Positions 40,430 to 51,284 of a stretch of DNA of 64,000 bases are shown piece after piece. Position 1 is the first letter of the stretch. Each line of letters opens with the position of its first letter. The stretch is taken from assembly GCA_000146045.2 (NCBI GenBank), contig BK006944.2:256001-320000 (forward strand), written 5' to 3'. This DNA is from TPA_inf: Saccharomyces. Lineage: Eukaryota. The notes under the pieces are model-generated. The model had not been told where the DNA came from. It was given only the letters and a program-made list of their open reading frames with translations, and searched no databases. A program made the translations under genes and the position numbers.

Positions 40430-43075
40430 ATGCGAAACGTTTTAAGGCTTTTATTTTTAACAGCTTTTGTTGCTATAGGGTCTTTAGCAGCCGTTTTAGG
40501 TGTTGATTACGGTCAGCAAAATATCAAGGCCATTGTGGTTTCTCCGCAAGCCCCATTAGAACTTGTGCTCACACCAGAGGCAAAACGGAAGGAGATATCT
40601 GGTCTTTCGATAAAAAGATTACCAGGTTATGGAAAGGATGATCCGAATGGGATTGAAAGAATCTACGGTTCCGCTGTTGGCAGTTTAGCAACAAGGTTTC
40701 CCCAAAACACATTGTTGCATTTGAAACCGCTACTTGGGAAATCACTAGAAGATGAAACCACTGTAACTTTGTATTCAAAACAACACCCCGGTTTAGAAAT
40801 GGTATCAACAAATAGAAGTACCATAGCCTTTTTAGTTGATAATGTGGAATATCCATTGGAAGAGTTAGTGGCAATGAATGTCCAAGAGATTGCCAATAGA
40901 GCCAATTCACTGTTGAAGGATAGAGATGCAAGAACTGAGGACTTTGTAAACAAGATGAGTTTTACAATTCCTGACTTTTTTGACCAACATCAAAGGAAAG
41001 CACTTTTAGATGCCAGTTCAATAACCACAGGAATCGAAGAGACATATCTGGTTAGTGAAGGGATGTCTGTTGCAGTTAACTTTGTATTAAAGCAGCGCCA
41101 ATTTCCACCAGGTGAACAGCAGCATTATATCGTATATGACATGGGGAGCGGTTCTATTAAGGCCTCAATGTTCTCTATATTGCAGCCGGAGGACACTACT
41201 CAGCCCGTTACAATAGAATTTGAAGGATATGGGTATAATCCACATCTAGGTGGTGCAAAGTTTACAATGGATATTGGCAGTTTGATAGAGAATAAGTTTT
41301 TGGAAACACACCCAGCCATAAGAACTGATGAATTGCACGCTAATCCCAAGGCCTTAGCAAAAATCAACCAAGCAGCAGAGAAGGCAAAGTTAATTTTAAG
41401 CGCCAATTCTGAGGCAAGTATTAACATAGAATCACTGATCAACGATATTGATTTCCGTACTTCTATAACTAGACAGGAATTCGAAGAATTTATTGCAGAC
41501 TCGTTATTGGACATTGTCAAACCCATAAATGACGCTGTTACAAAACAATTCGGTGGCTATGGAACAAATTTACCTGAGATAAATGGGGTCATTTTGGCGG
41601 GAGGCTCTTCCCGAATTCCCATTGTGCAGGATCAATTAATCAAACTCGTATCCGAAGAAAAAGTGTTGAGAAATGTCAATGCTGATGAATCAGCTGTGAA
41701 TGGTGTTGTTATGAGAGGGATCAAGTTATCTAATTCGTTTAAGACCAAGCCGTTAAATGTTGTTGACCGTTCTGTAAATACTTATTCATTCAAATTATCA
41801 AACGAATCTGAACTGTATGATGTGTTCACGCGCGGAAGTGCTTATCCAAACAAAACATCTATTTTGACAAACACGACTGATTCGATTCCTAATAATTTTA
41901 CCATTGACTTATTTGAGAATGGTAAATTGTTCGAAACTATCACAGTTAATTCAGGAGCTATAAAGAATTCATATTCCTCTGATAAGTGCTCGTCAGGAGT
42001 TGCGTATAACATTACTTTCGACTTGTCCAGTGATAGATTATTCTCTATTCAAGAGGTTAACTGCATTTGTCAGAGCGAAAATGACATAGGTAACTCCAAG
42101 CAAATTAAGAACAAAGGCAGCCGTTTGGCTTTTACTTCTGAGGATGTTGAGATCAAAAGGCTTTCTCCTTCAGAACGTTCGCGTTTGCATGAGCATATCA
42201 AGTTGCTCGATAAACAGGATAAGGAAAGATTTCAATTCCAAGAAAATTTAAACGTTCTTGAAAGTAACTTGTATGATGCTAGAAACCTGCTAATGGATGA
42301 TGAAGTTATGCAAAATGGACCAAAATCCCAAGTAGAAGAGTTATCGGAGATGGTTAAAGTATATTTGGATTGGCTCGAAGATGCATCCTTTGATACTGAC
42401 CCTGAGGATATAGTTAGCAGAATTAGAGAAATTGGAATATTAAAAAAGAAAATAGAACTTTACATGGATTCTGCAAAGGAACCTTTGAACTCTCAACAAT
42501 TTAAAGGAATGCTTGAAGAAGGCCATAAGTTACTTCAGGCTATAGAAACCCATAAGAATACCGTTGAAGAATTTTTGAGTCAATTTGAAACCGAGTTTGC
42601 GGATACCATAGATAATGTTAGAGAAGAATTTAAAAAGATTAAGCAACCAGCGTATGTGTCGAAGGCGTTATCTACATGGGAGGAAACCTTAACCTCTTTT
42701 AAAAATTCCATTAGCGAAATAGAGAAGTTCCTGGCAAAAAACCTATTTGGCGAAGACCTTCGTGAACATTTATTTGAAATCAAATTACAATTTGATATGT
42801 ATCGTACGAAACTAGAGGAAAAACTGCGTTTAATAAAAAGCGGTGATGAAAGTCGCTTAAATGAAATAAAGAAGTTACATTTAAGAAACTTCCGCCTACA
42901 AAAGAGAAAGGAGGAAAAGTTGAAAAGAAAGCTTGAACAGGAAAAAAGCAGAAACAACAATGAAACAGAATCGACAGTAATCAACTCGGCTGACGATAAA
43001 ACTACTATTGTCAATGACAAGACCACCGAGTCGAATCCAAGTTCTGAGGAAGACATTTTGCATGATGAATTATAG
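40430..43075 (+). CDS. LHS1: Lhs1, ER lumenal Hsp70-family (GRP170-like) chaperone, signal peptide, C-terminal HDEL, 881 aa; start is the internal Met at 40430
   Basis: Hydrophobic N-terminal signal, an actin-like ATPase/Hsp70 fold (…DYGQQNIKAIVVSP…; …GVILAGGSSRIPIVQD…), and termination at ...ILHDEL. Confidence 0.95.
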   Translation: MRNVLRLLFLTAFVAIGSLAAVLGVDYGQQNIKAIVVSPQAPLELVLTPEAKRKEISGLSIKRLPGYGKDDPNGIERIYGSAVGSLATRFPQNTLLHLKPLLGKSLEDETTVTLYSKQHPGLEMVSTNRSTIAFLVDNVEYPLEELVAMNVQEIANRANSLLKDRDARTEDFVNKMSFTIPDFFDQHQRKALLDASSITTGIEETYLVSEGMSVAVNFVLKQRQFPPGEQQHYIVYDMGSGSIKASMFSILQPEDTTQPVTIEFEGYGYNPHLGGAKFTMDIGSLIENKFLETHPAIRTDELHANPKALAKINQAAEKAKLILSANSEASINIESLINDIDFRTSITRQEFEEFIADSLLDIVKPINDAVTKQFGGYGTNLPEINGVILAGGSSRIPIVQDQLIKLVSEEKVLRNVNADESAVNGVVMRGIKLSNSFKTKPLNVVDRSVNTYSFKLSNESELYDVFTRGSAYPNKTSILTNTTDSIPNNFTIDLFENGKLFETITVNSGAIKNSYSSDKCSSGVAYNITFDLSSDRLFSIQEVNCICQSENDIGNSKQIKNKGSRLAFTSEDVEIKRLSPSERSRLHEHIKLLDKQDKERFQFQENLNVLESNLYDARNLLMDDEVMQNGPKSQVEELSEMVKVYLDWLEDASFDTDPEDIVSRIREIGILKKKIELYMDSAKEPLNSQQFKGMLEEGHKLLQAIETHKNTVEEFLSQFETEFADTIDNVREEFKKIKQPAYVSKALSTWEETLTSFKNSISEIEKFLAKNLFGEDLREHLFEIKLQFDMYRTKLEEKLRLIKSGDESRLNEIKKLHLRNFRLQKRKEEKLKRKLEQEKSRNNNETESTVINSADDKTTIVNDKTTESNPSSEEDILHDEL

Positions 43076-43581
43076 AAGAATCTTTATAATATATAGCACT
43101 AGATTTATTTTCCGATATCAAATTCAGTTACTTATATAAAGTTAACCACTTGTTACTTCTTTTTTCGCAGCGATAACGGTAACTATTATTGTTAGCTCTG
43201 TTTATGCGGAAAGGTTATATGATCTTCGGTGCAAGATTTAGTGCCCTATTTAGTCACCCGGACATCTATTGTTTGATGGTGGGGCAATTTCGAGAGATGA
43301 CTTATTTAAGCATAAGACAGATAATAATGCATAGAAGGTGGATATACGTAATGCACATTAATATTATAGTGGCACTGAAGCAAAATTCAGAAAAATTTAA
43401 AAACATATAAATATAAAAGAAAAAAAAGAAGAATTTCGAGACTGCTACGAAAAGTGAAAGTAATAACAAGCGTGCAAAAGTTCATAATATCCATAATAGA
43501 TTGGACATAGAAATTACCGCAAAGCGCAAAGAGTTATCATTCGTACGATTTTGAAAAATAATATATTTGCTGGGGGAAAAA

Positions 43582-45882
43582 ATGCAACTGGAAGCCACTC
43601 ATCAGAAAGAAAACCACCTGTCTCCTTTGGCTAGCTTCATTTTTCCAGACTTCAGGGCATTGTTCAACATAGGGTTTAATTTATATTCTAATATAAACTA
43701 CAAAGAAGTAGATATTAATGGATTTGAAATTTACATTGTCGAACAATGGGCTGCCCAGAGAAAAATATCAACTCTAATCACTTCATATACGGGCAACTTA
43801 CAAGACACCATATCTGCAGTAGAGGTTGCTCTTCCCGAAGATCCTGAGGAATGGCCATGTTGTTTGAAGAAATACCATGAAGAATTGTTGAAGTTTTCTA
43901 GTCCAAAAAAGACTGCCAAAGGAACTTTATTTGTTACAAACCTTTCTTCTTTCAAATCTACGCTAAACTTATTGCATGTTGAGTGTGGTAATCTAAAGAA
44001 AATCTGGAAAAACTTCAAAACCAACTACGACCTAAAGAGATTACATTGTGGTGGTCGTTCAGCTCAGCTGTTAAAAAAGACACCTAGTGCCTCAATAGCG
44101 AAGTTTGCACAGTTATATAAATTTCCGAATTCAGCTTTTTCTCATGAAATAACGTCGGATTTCCAACAACCTTCTCTTCAGAATGACAACAGCTCAATAA
44201 GTAGCATAGAAAATATTCCTGTTAATCATTGCCCTGTGGTAGAACTAACTACCCTCGTGCAAATATCACTTAGTTATTTTGCGCTGTTTGAATACAAGAA
44301 GGAGAGAGATGGTCTCTTATGCAATGGAACGAAACAATCCCTTGAAAAATGGTGGGAAATATATGGGAAACGATACCACGGCATTGATAAGCCGAAGAAT
44401 GAAACGATCCTTGGTCCGACTACGGTGGCATCACTACTTAGTCTTGTATTGACTTGTTACTTCAAATTAATGGTAGAAGATTGCATGTCAGCAAAAGATC
44501 CGTTTGATGAAGAAGAGTTTTATTCTGGTCTTTATGCATTTCAAAAGAAATACGGCCTATCCAAAAACAATAAACAGACCTCCTTAGACGAACTAACAAT
44601 TGATAAATTATTTGAAGTATCTTCCAAGACTTCAAACAAAGATATTTTCAAGTTTAAAAAGGTTGTGAAGTCAACTGTTCAAGACATGACTGGCAAAGGA
44701 AACTTTATGCATCTATCCAATGAGATCCTAACAACTGATTTAGATACCCTGGTAAAGAATATACACGGTGGATCCCTTGGTAAGCTCTGGAAAGGGAGAA
44801 GTGCTTCGAGAAAGGAAACATGCATGGTTTGGGAAAGAAAAACCTTTCTAAGTTTCAAGTTTGAACGTGGAGATCCATCCTTACAATTGGAAAATAATGA
44901 GCTGTTTTATGGTACGAGTGTGCCAAGTGAACAGTTAACGACTTCCAATAAGGAGGACAGTGATACGCAACCCACAAAGAGAAATAGTATATATGATATT
45001 GCCAATGGCTCCAAATCATCGCTATCTATCTCATCCATGTTCTGTAATTATGATGAAACCCGTTACAAAAGTACCAACAACCTTAATAGAGCCTATAGGG
45101 GGGAGTATTTTAGGCGCAATTCGATCCCATTTTGTAACGATGGTATACACGATACTAAAAAAATATCTGCTGATCTTAATAAGATAGATGGATTGTATCG
45201 TTGCAATTCATATTCTGAGGTACAAAACGCAATAGAGCTGTGGAGCTTGCCATTCGATTCATCAGTCATCAGATTAGCAAGAGACTTACTTAAGATACAA
45301 AGTCTAATGTCAGTTCAACGTCAGCTCGATGAAATACGTGACGGATATCTGGGAAAAAATTCACAAAGATCATACCAGAATGATCTGATGTTTAGACAAA
45401 GCTTGAACAAATTGCAGGAAATGTGTGAGAGATGTAAGAGAGGTTCTAACGAATTTCACTGGGAATATGGTAACATGCAAAACAAACAGCAAATTTTGGA
45501 GAGTGAGAAAAAAGATATGAAATCACTTTCTTCGAAACTGAAATATAACGTTCGTATCCTAGATAGACGTGTAAGAGATGTTGAAGCCAGCGTAGATCAT
45601 TTTGATCGCAAGTTAGAGGATGTTAGAAAAAAGCTTCTGGAGCAAAATAATAGTAAAGACATATCTATGGCCTTAGAAAGTCCTTGTGATAAATTTGAAT
45701 TTGACAGTTTTATGGACTCTATAGTGCAGTCCCAACAGACTAAATATGAAGGGCTGTGTTTTAAAATTTTAGACAAGAAAAGTCTTCGAAAGTTAAAAAA
45801 GGAATTCTGGAAATGGAGCACCTGGACATTCGATACCTTCTTATACAAAAATAGGCCCAATAAGGAGAAAGATACACTATGA
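43582..45882 (+). CDS. STB6: Stb6 (Sin3-binding protein), 766 aa; start is the internal Met at 43582
   Basis: The length, position and sequence MQLEATHQKENHLSPLASFIFPDF... match YKL072W from memory. Confidence 0.8.
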   Translation: MQLEATHQKENHLSPLASFIFPDFRALFNIGFNLYSNINYKEVDINGFEIYIVEQWAAQRKISTLITSYTGNLQDTISAVEVALPEDPEEWPCCLKKYHEELLKFSSPKKTAKGTLFVTNLSSFKSTLNLLHVECGNLKKIWKNFKTNYDLKRLHCGGRSAQLLKKTPSASIAKFAQLYKFPNSAFSHEITSDFQQPSLQNDNSSISSIENIPVNHCPVVELTTLVQISLSYFALFEYKKERDGLLCNGTKQSLEKWWEIYGKRYHGIDKPKNETILGPTTVASLLSLVLTCYFKLMVEDCMSAKDPFDEEEFYSGLYAFQKKYGLSKNNKQTSLDELTIDKLFEVSSKTSNKDIFKFKKVVKSTVQDMTGKGNFMHLSNEILTTDLDTLVKNIHGGSLGKLWKGRSASRKETCMVWERKTFLSFKFERGDPSLQLENNELFYGTSVPSEQLTTSNKEDSDTQPTKRNSIYDIANGSKSSLSISSMFCNYDETRYKSTNNLNRAYRGEYFRRNSIPFCNDGIHDTKKISADLNKIDGLYRCNSYSEVQNAIELWSLPFDSSVIRLARDLLKIQSLMSVQRQLDEIRDGYLGKNSQRSYQNDLMFRQSLNKLQEMCERCKRGSNEFHWEYGNMQNKQQILESEKKDMKSLSSKLKYNVRILDRRVRDVEASVDHFDRKLEDVRKKLLEQNNSKDISMALESPCDKFEFDSFMDSIVQSQQTKYEGLCFKILDKKSLRKLKKEFWKWSTWTFDTFLYKNRPNKEKDTL

Positions 45883-46295
45883 AAGCTTCCTCATTTCGTT
45901 ACTGCTGTTGCAGATCTATTAAATCAGACAATGCATAAGATACACTAATTTCCTGGAGAGCCATATACTTATAGATATTATAAAAATTCGTAATTTTAAG
46001 AATTCTGCCATTTGAGGGATGCATATTTAATTTCCTGGGAGAACTGTATATTTATGGTTGATCTTTGGGGACAGTTAGCTATTTTCTTCTTTCACATTAT
46101 AGATGTCACATAGACTTCCTTCCTTTTTACGGAATAAGCCCACTGAAATTTTTAAGGAAGCTCCAGCTCATTATGCTCTCGTTCTTCTGTTCTGAGTTTC
46201 GAGAAATACTACGAATTATTGAGAAAATGAAAATCAACTATCATTTATCGATCAGTACATATAAGGTGAAAAGAGAAGGTAATAGCATTATGTAA

Positions 46296-46625
46296 AATAT
46301 TGGTGTCCTATATTCTCGAGGAAAACTTCTAGTGGATTCCATTGTTGATGAAGGCTATAACATTAGGTATACAGAATATACTAGAAGTGCCTCCTCGAGG
46401 ATCTAGGAATACTCAAAATCTATATTTCTACATAAAAATATTACATATTATTCCTCGTTCCGTTTTATAGGTTTCATTATTACATTATCTATCCTTGCAT
46501 TTCAGCTTCCCCTGACTTCGATGACAGCTTCTCATAACTTATGTCATCATCTTAACACCGTATATGATAATATATTGATAGTATGACTATTAGTTGATAG
46601 ACAATAGTGGATTTTTATTCCAACA
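46296..46625 (-). mobile_element. Solo Ty LTR, most similar (from memory) to Ty4 tau; 5' terminus TGTTGGAATAAAAATCCACTAT... (complement, ending at 46625); low-coordinate end rearranged or truncated
   Basis: The reverse complement starts TGTTGGAATAAAAATCCACTATTGTCTATCAACTAATAG...TATCATATACGGTGTTAAGATGATGACATAAG, which is diagnostic LTR sequence. It sits ~290 bp upstream of tRNA-Trp. A ~19-bp inverted duplication of the CTCGAGGA...CTTCTAGT segment lies at 46313-46410. Confidence 0.7.
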
Positions 46626-46917
46626 GTTTCATACTTATTTAAATGTTTAGGTTGATATATTGGTAATGATATGTTATCTTACTCTGAGATGCAACATATA
46701 TGCTACATACTGAACTCATTTATCCAATATTAAATTAAGAGATTGGTGAATTTTGAGGTATTTGTTGGCAGATCTAAACTTCATCATGCTCTTCTTTTTC
46801 TATGTATCTAATCTTGTATTTTATCTTCATAGAACACTGTTATCTCTGCTCTTTTCAGATATAGTCGTCATTGTTTGAGGTGATCTATCCTATTTTAAAA
46901 CGTGAATATTCCAAGAT

Positions 46918-47023
46918 GAAGCGGTGGCTCAATGGTAGAGCTTTCGACTCCAATTAAATCTTGGAAATTCCACGGAATAAGATTGCAATCGAAGGGTTGC
47001 AGGTTCAATTCCTGTCCGTTTCA
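46918..47023 (+). tRNA. tW(CCA)K: tRNA-Trp (anticodon CCA) with a 34-nt intron
   Basis: GAAGCGGTGGCTCAATGGTAGAGC (A box)...GACTCCAAT anticodon loop...intron...GGTTCAATTCC (B box)...TTTCA, followed by the T-run TTTTCTTTTTTT Pol III terminator. Confidence 0.95.
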
Positions 47024-48882
47024 TTTTCTTTTTTTGCCATACATTTAGCGCTCCACACTCTAAATAAAGTATTTCTTCTTTTCTTGAAAATGATGTACTT
47101 AGGTTGATGAAATAGCCTCAGTTACTGGAATTTCCTTACCTTTGTCGTGTTACTGATAGTATATCTTAATCATTATTTCTTGTTTCAATCTGGATTTTGA
47201 TTTGCGCGGCATATCGTTACCGCCTTTTGCATATTATAAATGGCTTATATAAGTATACAGCAACTTTCATATATTATAGATAGGTAATTGCCTCCACATC
47301 GAATCACATAGGATAAAGAACCGACTTCCTGCCGCGAATTTAGAGTTTTCACGTTATGTGACCATCTCAATTTTTAGAATATTTGCTAAGCCACTTGCTA
47401 TTAAAACTTCATGGACAGGCCCCAGTATTATCGCAATAATACTGGAAACATCAACGAATGCTATAATAATGCGCATTTACTTTGGGCAAAAGAACTATTT
47501 AAAATTACGCATTACGTAGTTTATTTTGACATTATGATCATAAACATGCGCAAATCCTAAGATCGTGAATTACCTCTACTGCGAGAATACAAATTATAAC
47601 ATATGACTAACGTTACACAACATTGTATTACATTTCTGACTAATTTGAAGTCTGGGAGTTAATTGTAGTAGCCTACTAAATAGCGCGGTTATTTATAAAG
47701 CTAACATTACCATGTTACATGACATGCTATTTCTAGCGAGGTAAAAGCATTGCTCCGGCTTTTCGAAGATAAGTATTCCTTCAATTTCCAAATGTCACAA
47801 CATAAAATTTTGATTTGCGTTATCTCTCGTTCTCTTTAATCACTACAATAGCATCAACCAAGTCAATAAAACATGTTGTGAAGAGACTACGCAGACGTGA
47901 CGGTCATCTAGCAACTCTCCATCTTTTGATGCAGCCATCCACAGTTTATCGTGAGTTATGGCAAAATCCAAAAATGTACCGTACCATTTCCTCTTTAATC
48001 CTGTATTCAATAAGCAAGTTCCCCATTTCAATTGATCTACACATCACTGCGCGTTAAAGCGCACCTAATTTATTCGGTAGGAAACAGAAATAGTCTGCAA
48101 AGTCATTCAAGCACCTTTCTTTACCAAATGAAAGGATTTAATAGTACCTATGAAACAATAGTTCGAACTTTTGCCATTTCCCGGTTTTTTTGGCCAGCTT
48201 GTATAAAAGTGCACCTTACCCTTATATTGGGCTCTTATTGAATGCCTTCCGAAGAACTGACTATTCAAAAAATAGAAACAAGTACGTCAATAAAAAATTT
48301 TGCAATTCTACGAATAATTATTCCTGTTTCTTTAACCTGGTAAAAAAAAGTACAAACACTTAAGCTTTTTGAAACAGCTTTATTTTGCTTCATTAAATAG
48401 CTAGGATAAGAAATCCCTCATCCGAAAGGTTTTGTATCTAACTACCCTAGAGAACATTTGTCCTGATCAGGTTCATTTGGAGTTTATATTTTTTAGAAGC
48501 TCAAAGTTTGTTGGACTCATTACCATGGAAGAAAAAAAGAAGATACTACGAAATATTGGTTTCTCAGGTTAAATAAGGGACACCATTTTCCTATTAGGCT
48601 AGTCGAGCTTAGTTCTTCTAATTTCTTCAGATCTTCTATAATTTCCTATCTTCTACCTGATGTGTGCATGATATATCTATGAGCTCCTGATATTGCTTGT
48701 TTTACTTTAGCTTGCATGACTTGCAATAATCTAATCATATATGTTCCCGATTAATATACTGTGCACAAATTGCAGGACATATAATTTTTCCGTGGATTAT
48801 ATCTTCGATTAACGTCCGCGGGTCTCATAAAAAGCAAACCAACTTCGCAATTCCCTAGAAATACCTCAATAGAAAGTTATTT

Positions 48883-48960
48883 GTAATGAGATTAGTAATG
48901 AGATTAGCAATGAGATTAGTAATGAGATTAGTAATGAGATTAGTAATGTGATTAGTAATG
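48883..48960. repeat. 12-bp minisatellite (GTAATGAGATTA)x6.5 giving ~6 tandem TTAGTAA (Yap1 response element) copies ~150 bp upstream of YKL071W
   Basis: Direct reading gives units at 48883, 48895, 48907 (GCAATGAGATTA), 48919, 48931, 48943 (GTAATGTGATTA) and 48955 (partial). Each unit junction forms ATTAGTAAT. Confidence 0.9.
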
Positions 48961-49113
48961 CATAGCGGTATAAATGGTAGTACTAATAAGTAAGATAGTA
49001 TACCAGTTATAATAAATAGGCGGCGATGCTTCAAAACTAATTTTTGACGTTTTTAAGAATAAAGCCTTTACCAGTGGCATAAATCAGTAGAATTCTAAGC
49101 AAACAAAGTCGAT

Positions 49114-49884
49114 ATGAATACTTCATCAAGAATAACTTACTTTATCATCGGTGGTAGCCGTGGAATTGGTTTTAATTTGGTCAAAATTTTAAGCGCTTCT
49201 ACGGGCAATACAGTTATAACCTCTATTCGTGGATCACCTTCATTACCCAAGAACAAACAAGTGGAAGATTTAGCAAAAATCAGGAAGAATATCCATATTG
49301 TCCAACTTGACCTTACAAAGGACGAAAGTATTGGCAATATTGCGGACGAGATCAAGAAAACGCCATTCTTCTTGGGTATTGATATTTTTATCGCATGTTC
49401 TGCAGTATCTGATTCTTATTACAAGGTCCTGGAAACTCCCAAATCAGTCTGGCTCAACCATTATAGCACAAACGCTCTGGGTCCGATACTAGCCCTTCAA
49501 AAAGTTTATCCACTGCTTCTTTTGAAAAAGACGAGGAAGATATTCTTTATCTCTAGTGTTGCAGGATCTATCAATGCGTTTGTACCACTTTCTGTTTCCG
49601 CTTATGGTCAATCGAAAGCTGCCTTGAATTATGCGGTAAAGACGCTCAGTTTTGAATTGAAACCGGAGGGTTTTACTGTCGTTGCTTTTCACCCAGGTAT
49701 GGTATCTACTGATATGGGCCAATATGGCCTTGATCATTTTAAAGAGAAGAATATAGACATCAGCGGCGTAAATATTATCACACCAGAAGAAAGTGCCTCT
49801 GCGCTAATTGATGTCTTCCGAAAAATTTTACCAGAAGATAATGGAAAGTTCTTCAACTATGACGGCAGCGAAGGCGTCTTTTAG
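49114..49884 (+). CDS. YKL071W: Short-chain dehydrogenase/reductase (NADP-binding GGSRGIG; YxxxK catalytic motif YGQSK), 256 aa
   Basis: IIGGSRGIGFNL Rossmann motif, ...SAYGQSKAALN active-site motif. Confidence 0.9.
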   Translation: MNTSSRITYFIIGGSRGIGFNLVKILSASTGNTVITSIRGSPSLPKNKQVEDLAKIRKNIHIVQLDLTKDESIGNIADEIKKTPFFLGIDIFIACSAVSDSYYKVLETPKSVWLNHYSTNALGPILALQKVYPLLLLKKTRKIFFISSVAGSINAFVPLSVSAYGQSKAALNYAVKTLSFELKPEGFTVVAFHPGMVSTDMGQYGLDHFKEKNIDISGVNIITPEESASALIDVFRKILPEDNGKFFNYDGSEGVF

Positions 49885-50210
49885 ATAAGTGCAAATTTGG
49901 CTACTTATATACAACTCAGATACGGAATATACCTTTGTGTAATACACTTTTTTATTGGTAGGTGCTATATGATGTGACTTTGCTTTTGCCTCACGCCCCT
50001 TTAAGAAGGTATTTTGTGGCATCACTTTGTATGCTGATCTTTTAACGCTTAACCAGATTTGAAACTATCTCTATTATGTCCTCTGATTTTAATTAGGATG
50101 GTATATAACTGGTCCTAGAACCGAAGATTCTGCATATTCGCCGAAAACCATCCCTTAATATTATAGACATAAATTGCCAGTCTGAGAAGAATCCAAGAAT
50201 CTATTTCATA

Positions 50211-50720
50211 ATGTACATTCCTAAACATTTTGAGTCCATGGAACTCTCAAGGTACAAATTATCAAAAAAACCCCCGCTAGGAACACTATTCTCCTCTAAG
50301 GCTAGCAGGCAAGGTTTCTTCGGATGGAGAACTTCTTCCAATAAAGATGACCCCGATTTTGGTATGTGCGCATCACATATTCCATTTGTATTCGTGGAGT
50401 TCGATAATGGAGAGCATAAACTTATTGCACATTTAGCACGGAAGAATAAACATGTGGAAATGCTGGAAAGAGTTCAAAAATGCTTAGTGGTATTTCAGAG
50501 CGTCGATTCATACATTTCTCCGGCGTGGTTCCCAATGAAGAAAAAGACCCATAAGTTCGTACCAACATGGGATTTTGCCGCTGTGCACGTTTACGGTACA
50601 CCAAGGATTATCCGCGACGATAAAGACTGGCTTATTAATATGTTATCAACTTTGACTGACCAAGAAGAAGAGAAAAGACCTGAGGGGGAAAATGTACGAA
50701 GTAAAGTGGAGCGTTTCTGA
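50211..50720 (+). CDS. YKL070W: PaiB/FMN-binding split-barrel family protein, 169 aa
   Basis: The length and position fit YKL070W. A PaiB-like negative transcription regulator/FMN-binding fold is inferred from my memory of the annotation. Confidence 0.7.
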   Translation: MYIPKHFESMELSRYKLSKKPPLGTLFSSKASRQGFFGWRTSSNKDDPDFGMCASHIPFVFVEFDNGEHKLIAHLARKNKHVEMLERVQKCLVVFQSVDSYISPAWFPMKKKTHKFVPTWDFAAVHVYGTPRIIRDDKDWLINMLSTLTDQEEEKRPEGENVRSKVERF

Positions 50721-51284
50721 TGCCCCAGATTATTATATCAATGCTATGCTTCAAAACATTGTCGGGCTTGAAATCAGTATTACCCATATTCAATCAAAGT
50801 TCAAATTCGACCAAAATAAATCACAGATTAATGTTGAAGGCATATGTTGAAAATTCAAAGAATTTGGTGGAGAAAGAGGCCAAGAAATGGCTCGCCTTGT
50901 AAAAGATAACTATCCAGGTAGCTTATAAGTTTTGTATTTTCTCTGCGCATTAAATATCAATAATTATTTATTCGTTTTCATTCTTTTCTTATCTTATCTT
51001 TTAATATTGACTTAACAGAGGGCAAGGCCCACCGTGATGCAGAAAGAACACAAACGCAAAGGTTTACCTATTCCCTGCAGTTAGAAAACCATGTTTGGAG
51101 GAAATGAAGAAAGATATTTACAGTTGAGTTTACAACGAAGTATTATCCTTTTTAACGAACGCTAATATCATCGGTTTCTTCATGTTTATATGATGACGAT
51201 TTTCCCAAATGTAAGCAAACAAAGGCGTTTGCTGATAAAACAAATCCGTAAATTAGAAAAAAAAACAAAAAAAAACAAACAGAT

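Noticed and set aside
48883-48960. 12-bp tandem repeat as a CRISPR-like array
   Set aside because: The units are contiguous with no spacers, only 12 bp long, and the context is eukaryotic. It is a minisatellite. I interpret it as a tandem YRE array instead.
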